In this document: piece after piece, positions 1 through 8,694 of the stretch | Layout of the letters: every line of letters starts with the position of its first letter | Position numbering within the stretch: position 1 is the first letter of the stretch | NCBI GenBank assembly: GCA_965261735.1 | Contig: OZ253470.1 | Coordinates: forward strand, 4,064,001-4,128,000 | Source of the DNA: Alphaproteobacteria bacterium | GTDB lineage: Bacteria > Pseudomonadota > Alphaproteobacteria > SHVV01 | Reading direction: 5' to 3' | Length of the DNA: 64,000 bases | Position numbers and translations under genes: made by a program | The notes under the pieces: generated by a model | The model's input: the letters and a program-made list of their open reading frames with translations, nothing else | What the model was told of the DNA's origin: nothing | The model's database searches: none

Positions 1-114
1 CTGCTCGCCGACCGCGCCCTATCGCGCCTCCTCAAGAAGGACTGGCCGCAAACCCTGGAGGAGCTCGAGGAAACCCGAGATGCGGTCCGCGCGGTGAATC
101 GGGGCGGCCCTTGA
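1..114 (+). CDS. 3' end of an unidentified CDS, truncated by the window edge
   Basis: Open frame LLADRALSRLLKKDWPQTLEELEETRDAVRAVNRGGP* with GC3-rich codons; TGA at 112-114. Confidence 0.5.
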   Translation: MLADRALSRLLKKDWPQTLEELEETRDAVRAVNRGGP

Positions 115-160
115 GCGACGAAATAGGACGGGCCATGTCGGCCGTGGGCGGGTAGGGCGG

Positions 161-2713
161 ATGCCGCGCAAGTCATCTCGCGCCGAGGGGGGTATCCGCA
201 GAGTAGCGAGCGTGAACGAGCTCGCGCCCTATCGTGCCAAGCGCGACTTCCGCCGCACGCCCGAGCCGGAAGGAGCGGCCGCGACCAGGACCGGCGCGCG
301 ATTCGTCGTGCACAAGCATGCGGCAACACGGCTCCACTATGACCTGCGCCTCGAGATCGGCGGGGTACTCAAGAGCTGGGCGGTGACGAAGGGGCCGAGC
401 CTCGATCCCAAGGTCAAACGGCTCGCGGTTCACGTCGAGGACCATCCCCTCAGCTATACCGAGTTCGAGGGCTGGATCCCCAAGGGCCAGTATGGCGGCG
501 GCGCCATGATCGTGTGGGACCGCGGCACGTGGGTCCCGCTCGGCGACCTCGAGAACGATTACCAGCGGGGCGAGCTCAAGTTCCGGCTCGATGGTGAAAA
601 GCTGCAGGGCGGCTGGGCTCTCGTGCGCCTCAAGGGCACGAGCAACGTCGACAAGGGCTGGCTGCTGATCAAGGAGCGCGACATCTTCGCGGCGCCGAGC
701 GCGCAAGCCGACGTTACCGGAGAGGCGCCACTGAGCGTCCTCTCCGGGCTGTCGACCGAGGCTATCGAGGCCGAGCACGCCGATGATGGCCGCGAGCGCA
801 AGCCGCTCGCGCGCAAGCGCCGCAGGAAGCAGCACCCGGAGCGCCTGGTGGGCGCCAAGCGGGCGGTGCAACCCGAGGTGCCGGCGCCTCTGCTAGCCTC
901 CCTCGCGGACGAGCCGCCCGCGGGCACGGGATGGATTCACGAAATCAAGTTCGACGGCTACCGCACGCTCTGCCGGCTGGCCGACGGCGAGGCGCGGCTC
1001 CTCACGCGCAACGGTCACGACTGGACCGACCGCTACGGGCCGGTGGCCGAGTCGTTCGCGGCGCTCCCCTGCCGGCAGGCCACGATCGATGGGGAACTCT
1101 GCGTCCAGAACGCCAAGGGCGTGACCAGCTTCTCCGACCTGCGCGAGGCGCTGTCCGAGGGCGCCACCGAAAGGCTCGTCTTCTTCGCCTTCGATCTGCT
1201 CTATCTCGACGGCTTCGACCTCACGCGAACGCCGCTTTCGGCCCGGAAGTCGACTCTGCGCGTCCTGATCGAAAGCGTCGTCGGGGATCGCTCGCCGATC
1301 CAGTACAGCGACCACGTGGCCGGCGACGGTGCCGCCTTCCTCGCCGAGGCGGCGCGGCTGTCGCTCGAGGGGATCATATCGAAGCGCGAGGACAGCGCGT
1401 ACGCGGCGGGACGGTCGAGCTCCTGGCTCAAGGCCAAGTGCGTTGCCGCCGAGCGGTTTCTCGTCGTGGGCTACACGCGCTCGGCTGCCGCCGGAGGCCT
1501 AGGCGCGCTGCTCGCGGCCGAGCCGGTCGGAGACGGGCTTGCCTACGTCGGCAAGATCGGCACCGGCTATTCGACCGGCGAGATGGAGCGCCTTCTCGCG
1601 GCGCTAGAGCCGCTACGCCGCGACGATCCCGTGTTCACGCTGGTTGATCCGCCAGGCGAGAAGGCGGTGTGGGTCGAGCCCCAGCTCCTCGTCGAGGTTC
1701 AATATCGCGCTCGCACCAGAGAGGGGCGGCTGCGAGGCGCGGTGTACAAGGGGCTGCGCTCCGACACGAGCGCGCCCGCCGTCGCGCGCAAGGGCTACGT
1801 CAGCGATGCCGACCTCGCGAGCATCTGGGTCACCAATCCGGACCGGCGCATGTTCGGCAAAGGGGGGCCGACGAAGCTCGATCTCGCCCTCTACTACGCC
1901 CAGGTCACCGACTGGATCGTCCCGGAGATGGTGAGCCGCCCGGTGACGCTCGTGCGCTGCCCGACGGGCAAGGCCGATGACGTGTTCTATCAGCGTCACG
2001 CCATGCCCGGGATGCCGCAGGGCGTGCGCGAGATAGCGCTGCGCGAGGAGGGCTCCAAGGAGCGCGCCGATTACATCTACATCGAGGACGGCAAGGGACT
2101 GCTGTCGCTGTCCCAATTCGGGGTCATCGAATTCCATCCCTGGGGCTGTCGTGTTGACAAACCGGAGTGGCCCGACCGCTTGATCTTCGACCTCGATCCC
2201 GACGAGGCCCTGGAATGGCGAGAAGTCGCGGACGCGGCGCATCATATCCGCGACGAGGTCGCGGCGCTCGGCCTGGTGGCCTTCGTCCGCACCACGGGCG
2301 GCAAGGGCCTGCACGTGGTCGTGCCGGTCGAGCGCCGGACCGCATGGCCGGCGTTCAAGGGCTTCGCTCAGGCCTTCGTGCTCAAGCTCGCCGCGCAGTC
2401 GCCGAACCGCTACACGGCGTCGATGAGTAAGAAGTCGCGCCAGCGGCGGATCTTTATCGACTACCTGCGCAACGGCCGCGGGGCCACGGCGGCGGCCTCC
2501 TACTCGCTTCGTGCCCGCACCGGCTTTCCCGTCGCGACGCCGGTCGACTGGGCCGAACTCTCGGATATCGACGACCCGGCGGAGTTCAACTACGCGAGCG
2601 TGCCGGACCGGCTCGCGTCGCTCGCCGTCGACCCCTGGCGGGCGCTCGAGGGCTCGGCCCGGCGCCTGACCCGAGCAATGGAGGAAAAATTGGGGATTCA
2701 CAAACCACTGTGA
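161..2713 (+). CDS. ligD: DNA ligase D (phosphoesterase-ligase-polymerase); true start may be GTG at 212
   Basis: PE motif HAATRLHYDLRLE..SWAV; ligase motifs EIKFDGYR and EGIISKR; primase-polymerase motifs DRLIFDLDP, TTGGKGLHV and IFIDYLRN. Confidence 0.97.
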   Translation: MPRKSSRAEGGIRRVASVNELAPYRAKRDFRRTPEPEGAAATRTGARFVVHKHAATRLHYDLRLEIGGVLKSWAVTKGPSLDPKVKRLAVHVEDHPLSYTEFEGWIPKGQYGGGAMIVWDRGTWVPLGDLENDYQRGELKFRLDGEKLQGGWALVRLKGTSNVDKGWLLIKERDIFAAPSAQADVTGEAPLSVLSGLSTEAIEAEHADDGRERKPLARKRRRKQHPERLVGAKRAVQPEVPAPLLASLADEPPAGTGWIHEIKFDGYRTLCRLADGEARLLTRNGHDWTDRYGPVAESFAALPCRQATIDGELCVQNAKGVTSFSDLREALSEGATERLVFFAFDLLYLDGFDLTRTPLSARKSTLRVLIESVVGDRSPIQYSDHVAGDGAAFLAEAARLSLEGIISKREDSAYAAGRSSSWLKAKCVAAERFLVVGYTRSAAAGGLGALLAAEPVGDGLAYVGKIGTGYSTGEMERLLAALEPLRRDDPVFTLVDPPGEKAVWVEPQLLVEVQYRARTREGRLRGAVYKGLRSDTSAPAVARKGYVSDADLASIWVTNPDRRMFGKGGPTKLDLALYYAQVTDWIVPEMVSRPVTLVRCPTGKADDVFYQRHAMPGMPQGVREIALREEGSKERADYIYIEDGKGLLSLSQFGVIEFHPWGCRVDKPEWPDRLIFDLDPDEALEWREVADAAHHIRDEVAALGLVAFVRTTGGKGLHVVVPVERRTAWPAFKGFAQAFVLKLAAQSPNRYTASMSKKSRQRRIFIDYLRNGRGATAAASYSLRARTGFPVATPVDWAELSDIDDPAEFNYASVPDRLASLAVDPWRALEGSARRLTRAMEEKLGIHKPL

Positions 2714-2734
2714 ACCGATGTAAGACTGTTTGTT
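2711..2734 (+). promoter_or_regulatory. Possible sigma-EcfG (general stress) promoter upstream of ku
   Basis: TGAAC-N16-GTT in the AT-rich ligD-ku spacer, resembling the GGAAC-N16/17-CGTT consensus; imperfect match. Confidence 0.35.
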
Positions 2735-2761
2735 GAACATTGACTGTCGGAGGATCGGCGT

Positions 2762-3613
2762 ATGGCTCCGCGTGCCAGCTGGAAGGGTTACCTGAAAATC
2801 TCGCTCGTATCCTGTCCGGTGCGCCTCTACACCGCGACCAGCTCGGGCAACCGCATTGCGTTCCACATGCTGCACAAGGACACGCACAACCGCGTGCAGA
2901 TGAAGCCGCACGATCCCGAGCTCGGCGTGGTCGAGCGCTCCGACCTCGTGAAGGGCTACGAGTTCGAAAAGGACCGCTACGTCGTGGTCAGCGACGAGGA
3001 CCTCGACGCGATCCAGATCGAATCGAGCAAGACGATCTCGATCGAGCGCTTCGTCGATGCCGCCGAGATCGATTCCATGTATCTCGATTCGGCTTACTAC
3101 GTAGCCCCCGCCGGGCCGGTTGCTGAGGAGACCTACCGGGTCGTCCAGGAGGCGATGCGCCAAAAGAACAAGGCGGCCGTGGCCCGTGTCGTACTGTTCG
3201 GCCGCGAGCGCCTCGTTGCGCTGACAGTGCGCGACAAGGGCCTCGTCCTGACCACCCTGCGTAGCGCGGCGGAGGTCCGCGGACACGAGGAGGTCTTCAG
3301 CGAGGTCGGTAGCGGCAAGATCGACAAGGATGCGCTCGAGCTGGCGGCGCACCTGATCTCGCAGAACGAGGGCCAGTTCGAGGCGTCGGAGTTCGAGGAC
3401 CGCTACCAGACGGCGCTGCTCGATGTCGTGAAGGCGAAGCTCAAGGGCGCGACGCCGGTGATCGCCAAGGCACCGGAGCGGGGCCAGGTCATCAACCTGA
3501 TGGATGCCCTGAAGCGGAGCCTGTCGGACGCCAAGAAGCCCCCGGCCGAGAGCAAGAGCCGGGCGCCCGCGAAGAAGGCCGCCGGCAAGGGCCGCAAGCG
3601 GGCTACGGGCTGA
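2762..3613 (+). CDS. ku: Ku protein (NHEJ DNA end-binding)
   Basis: MAPRASWKGYLKISLVSCPVRLY N-terminus; LVKGYE; VINLMDALKRSL; basic C-terminal tail; GGAGG RBS. Confidence 0.97.
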   Translation: MAPRASWKGYLKISLVSCPVRLYTATSSGNRIAFHMLHKDTHNRVQMKPHDPELGVVERSDLVKGYEFEKDRYVVVSDEDLDAIQIESSKTISIERFVDAAEIDSMYLDSAYYVAPAGPVAEETYRVVQEAMRQKNKAAVARVVLFGRERLVALTVRDKGLVLTTLRSAAEVRGHEEVFSEVGSGKIDKDALELAAHLISQNEGQFEASEFEDRYQTALLDVVKAKLKGATPVIAKAPERGQVINLMDALKRSLSDAKKPPAESKSRAPAKKAAGKGRKRATG

Positions 3614-3632
3614 GCCGACGCGGGATCGCGCC

Positions 3633-4736
3633 ATGGGTAGAGGCACACTCGCCGGCAAGGTCGTCGTTTTCATAGGGCGCCTCGATGCGATGTCGCAGCG
3701 TGGCGCCGCCGCCCATGTGACGAGCGCCGGCGGCGTCGTGCGGCGCGGGTTGTCGCGCGCCACGACCCATGTGGTCGTCGGCCACGCGGCCCACACACTG
3801 ATCGAGGACGGCGTCCTATCGAGGCGACTCGAGCGAGCGCGACGGCACAGCGCGCTGTGCCTGAGCGAAACCGCCTTTTTGCGAATGATCGGGGCGGCGA
3901 GCGACGAGTCGGCGGGCCCACGGTCGTTCACCCTCCAAACCCTGGCCGCGCAAGCCGGCATCTCGTCGGAAACCGCTGAGCTTCTGGCGCTGTTCGACAT
4001 CATCGATCCGCGCGACGACAAGGTCTCCTTCGCCGACCTCGTCGCCGCCAAGGAGGTGGCGCGGCTGCTCGGCGACGAGATGTCGCTGGCCGAGATCGTG
4101 GCTAGCGCCGCGCGCATACGTGGGCACGGCGCGTTCGCTGCGCCGCTCGCGCGGGCCAGGCTGGAGCGAACCGGCGAGGGCGTCATGGGCATACGGGTCG
4201 GTGGGGTCGTCGCCGACCTCGACGGTCAAATGCCGCTGCTGCTGGGAAATCCGGGGAACCCCACCGTCCAGGAGCTTTACGAGGCCGCCGAGGCCGCGGA
4301 GGAGGCGGGTGATGAGGATGCCGCAGAGCAGGCCTATCGTCGCTGCCTCGACCTCGACCCGCGCGAGCCGACCGCGGCCTTCAACCTAGGCAACATCTAT
4401 CGCAACGGAGGCCGCATCACACAGGCCCGGCTATGCCTGCACTTTGCGGTCGTGATCGATCCCGGCTTCGCCGAGGCCTGGTACAACCTCGCGAGCCTGG
4501 AAGACGAGGCGGGGAACATTGCTGAGGCCAGGGCGCACCTCGAGAAGGCGGTCGCCGCGGACGCGACGTACGCGGACGCGCTCTACAACCTCGCAAATTT
4601 GTGCTTTCGCGAGGGCGCCTACGCTGAGGCGGTTAACTATTGGCAGCGCTACCTGAGCGTCGATTCCGAGAGCGCCTGGAGCCAAAAGGCGCGCGACGGC
4701 CTCGCCCTGTGCCGGCGCCAATTGCAGGGCGCCTGA
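3633..4736 (+). CDS. BRCT + MerR-like HTH + TPR protein
   Basis: N-terminal LAGKVVVFIGRL..AGG..THVVVG..LSETAF resembles the LigA-type BRCT domain; central HTH-like segment; C-terminal TPRs (AAFNLGNIY, EAWYNLA, DALYNLA). Confidence 0.85.
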   Translation: MGRGTLAGKVVVFIGRLDAMSQRGAAAHVTSAGGVVRRGLSRATTHVVVGHAAHTLIEDGVLSRRLERARRHSALCLSETAFLRMIGAASDESAGPRSFTLQTLAAQAGISSETAELLALFDIIDPRDDKVSFADLVAAKEVARLLGDEMSLAEIVASAARIRGHGAFAAPLARARLERTGEGVMGIRVGGVVADLDGQMPLLLGNPGNPTVQELYEAAEAAEEAGDEDAAEQAYRRCLDLDPREPTAAFNLGNIYRNGGRITQARLCLHFAVVIDPGFAEAWYNLASLEDEAGNIAEARAHLEKAVAADATYADALYNLANLCFREGAYAEAVNYWQRYLSVDSESAWSQKARDGLALCRRQLQGA

Positions 4737-4760
4737 GCATCATGCGATCGGGAGGGTTCG

Positions 4761-5480
4761 GTGGCGGTTGAGCTCCGCGCCGGTGCGAGCGGCTACGCCT
4801 ACAAGGCCTGGAAGGGCAGCTTCTACCCCGAGAAGATTCCCGATGCGGACCTTCTCGCGTTCTACGCCGAGCGACTGCCGGCGGTCGAGATCAACAACAC
4901 CTTCTACCGGCTACCCAAGGCGTCAGTGCTCGCCGGCTGGGCCGAGCAGACCCCGGCGAGCTTCCGGTTCGCGATCAAGGCCTCGCAGCGCATCACGCAT
5001 AGGAGCCGGCTTAAGGACTGCGCCGACACCGTCGCCTACCTGTTCGAGTGTATCGCGGAACTCGGCGACAAGGCGGGCCCGGTGCTATTCCAACTGCCGC
5101 CCAACCTCAAGAAGGACCTGGCGCGGCTTAATGATTTTCTCGCTATCCTGCCCGCGGATCGGCGCGCGACCTTCGAGTTCCGCCACCCGAGCTGGTTCGA
5201 GGACGACGTGTTCGAGGCGCTTCGCGCCCATGGCGTGGCGCTGTGCCTCGCCGAGGCCGCCGACGAGGACAAGAACGCGCCTGTCTTGGCCACCGCCGAC
5301 TGGGGCTACCTGCGCATGCGTCGCGACGACTACGAGGACAAGGACCTGCGCGCCTGGGCCGAGCGCGTGGCCGCGCAGCCATGGACCGACGCGTACGTCT
5401 TCTTCAAGCACGAGGACGAGGGGGCGGCGCCTCGCCTGGCGGCAACGTTCACGCAATTCATGAGTGATCTCCAGGGCTGA
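4761..5480 (+). CDS. DUF72 (YecE-family) TIM-barrel protein
   Basis: GASGYAYKAWKGSFYP, VEINNTFYRLP, FQLPP, FEFRHPSW, YVFFKHE; GTG start with GGAGG RBS. Confidence 0.93.
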   Translation: MAVELRAGASGYAYKAWKGSFYPEKIPDADLLAFYAERLPAVEINNTFYRLPKASVLAGWAEQTPASFRFAIKASQRITHRSRLKDCADTVAYLFECIAELGDKAGPVLFQLPPNLKKDLARLNDFLAILPADRRATFEFRHPSWFEDDVFEALRAHGVALCLAEAADEDKNAPVLATADWGYLRMRRDDYEDKDLRAWAERVAAQPWTDAYVFFKHEDEGAAPRLAATFTQFMSDLQG

Positions 5481-5590
5481 CCCGGCGCCTCGCCTACCTG
5501 AGCTTCCCAACAACGCCTGCGCCACACTGGACCCGCGGCGCCGGCCGCCGTAGAAAGAGACAGCACTGCTTGCCCGCCCGGGAGGGATCC

Positions 5591-6418
5591 ATGCGCGTTT
5601 CTTTTATCGACGTCGGCGGCGTCCGCACCCGCTACTACCATGAGGGCGCCGGCCCGCCGCTCATCCTGGTCCATGGTGCTGGCGCCTCGGCTGACACGTG
5701 GGTGCGCAATATCGACGCGCTCGGCGAGAAATTCGCGATCTACGCACCCGACCTGATCGGCCACGGCTTCACCGACTCCGTCGCGTTGGCCGGCAGGGCG
5801 CCGCAGGCGGAACAGGTCAAGCATTTGTGCCGCTTCGTCGATGCGCTCGGGCTCGATCGCTATCGCCTCGCCGGCAGTTCGTTCGGCGCCCTGATCGTCG
5901 GGCTCTGGTTCTTCGCGCGCCCCGAGCAAATCGCCAAACTGGTGCTCATCGGCTCGGCGTCGACCTTCCATCACACGGAGGAAATGAAGAAGTCCCTCGG
6001 CGGATCGTTCGCCAATCAGATCGCGGCGCTCACCAACCCGACCCGCGAGCTGGTGCGCAAGCGCAACGTCGGATCGAACTTCGACAAATCCGAGACCTTC
6101 GAGGAGATCATCCTCAATCAGCTGACCTACTTCGCGCTGCCGGACCGCAAGGCGGCCTACGAGGAGATGCACGCGGGTCTGGCCGCGAGCGCCGACTCCG
6201 CCGAATATCGCATCATCAATCGGCTCGAGGAGATCAAGCTGCCGACACTGATCATCACCGGCCGCGACGATCCGCGAGCAAAGTGGGAGCGCGCGGTGGA
6301 GGGCCAGAAGCGCATGCCCGACGCCGAGATACACATCTTCGATAAGTGCGGCCACAAGCCCTTCGTCGAGCACGCGGCCCGGTTCAACGAGCTCGTGACG
6401 GAGTTTCTCAGCCGGTGA
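5591..6418 (+). CDS. Alpha/beta hydrolase (meta-cleavage-product hydrolase-like)
   Basis: LILVHG, APDLIGHG, nucleophile elbow GSSFG, C-terminal CGH. Confidence 0.88.
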   Translation: MRVSFIDVGGVRTRYYHEGAGPPLILVHGAGASADTWVRNIDALGEKFAIYAPDLIGHGFTDSVALAGRAPQAEQVKHLCRFVDALGLDRYRLAGSSFGALIVGLWFFARPEQIAKLVLIGSASTFHHTEEMKKSLGGSFANQIAALTNPTRELVRKRNVGSNFDKSETFEEIILNQLTYFALPDRKAAYEEMHAGLAASADSAEYRIINRLEEIKLPTLIITGRDDPRAKWERAVEGQKRMPDAEIHIFDKCGHKPFVEHAARFNELVTEFLSR

Positions 6419-6451
6419 AGAGGCACCAGGGCATGGGCGCGAGCTAGCCCG

Positions 6452-7597
6452 ATGGAGAAGCGGATCCTCGTTGCCGATGATCCAGTGCCGGGCTTCCCGG
6501 GCTTGGTCCAAGCAGGGCCGTTCCTGTTCACGGCCGGTTGCGATGGCCACCGCGACCTGGAAACGGGCGCGATCGTACCGGCGCTCGCCGACGCCGCGGA
6601 GGCGCAGTGCGAGAACTCCTATGGCAAGGTGTGTGCGCTCCTCGCCCGCGGCGGTGCCGGGGCCGATGCCGTGGTACGTCTCGACCATTACGTGAGCAGC
6701 CAGGAGTGGCTGCTGCGCCGCGGCCCCATTCGCGCCCGCATCTTCGGAGCCCCGGCGCCGCTGGCGAGCACCGGCGTGGCCGCCAAGATGGCCGGCATCA
6801 ACATGCTGACCACGGCGGCGATTGCGGTCACGAACAGCGACGACAAGCGCGTCCTGGTGCCGGGCGAGCCCTACGGCATGGGCCGCATCTCTTCCGTCGT
6901 CGCAGCCGGCCCCTTTCTGTTTCTCTCCGGCATTCGCGCAACGCTGCACCCGCGGCCCGAGGTGCCTGTGCCGGAGGAGACGCCCGAGGCCTTCGGCGCT
7001 CAAACCCGGCTCAGCTACCGCATTATCGCCGAGATCCTGGCGGAAGTGGGCGCCGAACCGGCGCACATCATCCGGCTCGAGCGCTACATTCGTGACCGAG
7101 CGTGCATCGGGGAGGAGGAGGAAGCGTGCCGCGACGTCCTTGGCGCGGTGTCGTGCGCGAGCACCACGATCGCCCTGCCGCTCGGCATGCGCGGGGAGGT
7201 CGAGATCACGACGCTCGCCGCGGCACCCGGCACGGACAAGGAGATCCTCGGCGATGAAGGCGACCCTACGGTCATTCGCTGTGGCGGCTTCGTTTTCGTC
7301 GGCGCGTGCTTCGGCATGGCGGCGCACACAGGCGGCCCTCCGTGGACCGAGCTAGCTAGCAACACGGAAGCGCAGGTCGAGAATGCGCTCGCAGTTCTAA
7401 AGGCGCGCCTCGAGGGTGCAGGTAGCGGCCTCGATCGGGTCGTCCGGCTCGACGCCTACCTGCGTGACCCCAACGTTGCCGAGCGGTTCTATACCCTGCT
7501 GCGGCACGCCTTTGGCGCGCATGCCCCCGTCGTCGTCCTCGCCGGCGCCGAGCTCGAAGGTATCGGCGAAGTGATGCTGAACGCCATTGCCTGCTAG
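6452..7597 (+). CDS. Three-domain Rid (YjgF/YER057c/UK114) family protein
   Basis: Three units of about 125 aa, each with a GPFLF/GGFVF strand and a V(V/I)RL segment. Confidence 0.75.
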   Translation: MEKRILVADDPVPGFPGLVQAGPFLFTAGCDGHRDLETGAIVPALADAAEAQCENSYGKVCALLARGGAGADAVVRLDHYVSSQEWLLRRGPIRARIFGAPAPLASTGVAAKMAGINMLTTAAIAVTNSDDKRVLVPGEPYGMGRISSVVAAGPFLFLSGIRATLHPRPEVPVPEETPEAFGAQTRLSYRIIAEILAEVGAEPAHIIRLERYIRDRACIGEEEEACRDVLGAVSCASTTIALPLGMRGEVEITTLAAAPGTDKEILGDEGDPTVIRCGGFVFVGACFGMAAHTGGPPWTELASNTEAQVENALAVLKARLEGAGSGLDRVVRLDAYLRDPNVAERFYTLLRHAFGAHAPVVVLAGAELEGIGEVMLNAIAC

Positions 7598-7640
7598 CAT
7601 AGCTCCGCGACGCTATTCTCGACCCGCGAGGTCCCAACGG

Positions 7641-8639
7641 ATGAACGATCAAGCCACCAAGCCTGAAGCCGTGCGTTACGCTCCGAGGCGCCTTGGCCAC
7701 ATCAACCTGTTCATCGGCGAACTCGCCCGCTCGCTCGATTTCTACACCAAGGTGTGTGGCTTGGAGATCACGGCCCTGGAGCCTCAGATCGGCGCCGGCT
7801 TCCTGTCGAACGGCAACACCCATCACGACATCGGTATGGTCGAGGTCAAGGACTACGCGGAACGCGCACGCAAACGCACGGGTGAGCCGCAGGACAAGGG
7901 CTACCAGCCCGGGCTCAATCATTTCGGCTGGGAGATGGAGAACGAGGCCGAGCTCGTGGCCGCCCATTTCCGCGCGGTGGCGGCGGGAATCACGCCGCGC
8001 ATAACCGACCAGGGCACGAGCCGTAGCAATTACATCTACGATGACGACGGCACGCTCCATCAGTTCTACGCCGATCAGATCAAGGACTGGCGGACGGTCT
8101 TCACGGGCGGACAGACCGAGCTTCACGCCAATCCGCCCTGGGTACCGGGGGCGGAGGAGCCCAGCACCGACGCGCGCTACGATCCCGACCCGGAGATCCG
8201 GCGCGTCAGCGATGCGCCCCTGCACCCGATCCGGGTGACACATGGCGTCCTCGTCTCGCCCGATTTCGCCAACAGCCTGCGCTTCTACACCGAGACAGCC
8301 GGATTCCGGCCGGTCCATACGGCCCAGGGCGCCAGCTTTGCCTACCTGTCGGGCGTGGCTTCGGCGTACGATATCATCCTGTTCGCGGCCGGTGGCGACC
8401 GGGAGCCCGGCTTCCATCGTATCGCCTTCGAGGTCGATGGCGCCGACGATCTCGGGGTTGCGGCCGACGATCTGCGCGCGCTCGGGGTCGAGGTAATTCG
8501 CGAGTACGACACCGCGCACAAGCGGAGCCTCGTGATCGCCGATCCGGACGGAACGAAGCTCGAGTTCTTCATACGCCGCGACGGATCGTTCGCCGCGGTC
8601 GCCGCTGCCGCCGGCGAGGAGCAGCTTCTGCTCGCCTGA
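7641..8639 (+). CDS. Two-domain VOC / extradiol dioxygenase-like protein
   Basis: RRLGHINL, NTHHDIG, GLNHFGWE, DPDGTKLEFF. Confidence 0.85.
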   Translation: MNDQATKPEAVRYAPRRLGHINLFIGELARSLDFYTKVCGLEITALEPQIGAGFLSNGNTHHDIGMVEVKDYAERARKRTGEPQDKGYQPGLNHFGWEMENEAELVAAHFRAVAAGITPRITDQGTSRSNYIYDDDGTLHQFYADQIKDWRTVFTGGQTELHANPPWVPGAEEPSTDARYDPDPEIRRVSDAPLHPIRVTHGVLVSPDFANSLRFYTETAGFRPVHTAQGASFAYLSGVASAYDIILFAAGGDREPGFHRIAFEVDGADDLGVAADDLRALGVEVIREYDTAHKRSLVIADPDGTKLEFFIRRDGSFAAVAAAAGEEQLLLA

Positions 8640-8694
8640 GTCGGATCGGCGCGATCCGTCCAATAACAAGAATGCGTGACCGGGAGGAGGGACC

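Noticed and set aside
1613-4192. 859-aa antisense ORF and similar long shadow ORFs (5330-7327, 11234-12484, 45686-47032, 49755-51212)
   Set aside because: They lie opposite well-supported genes, have no motifs, and are expected at high GC
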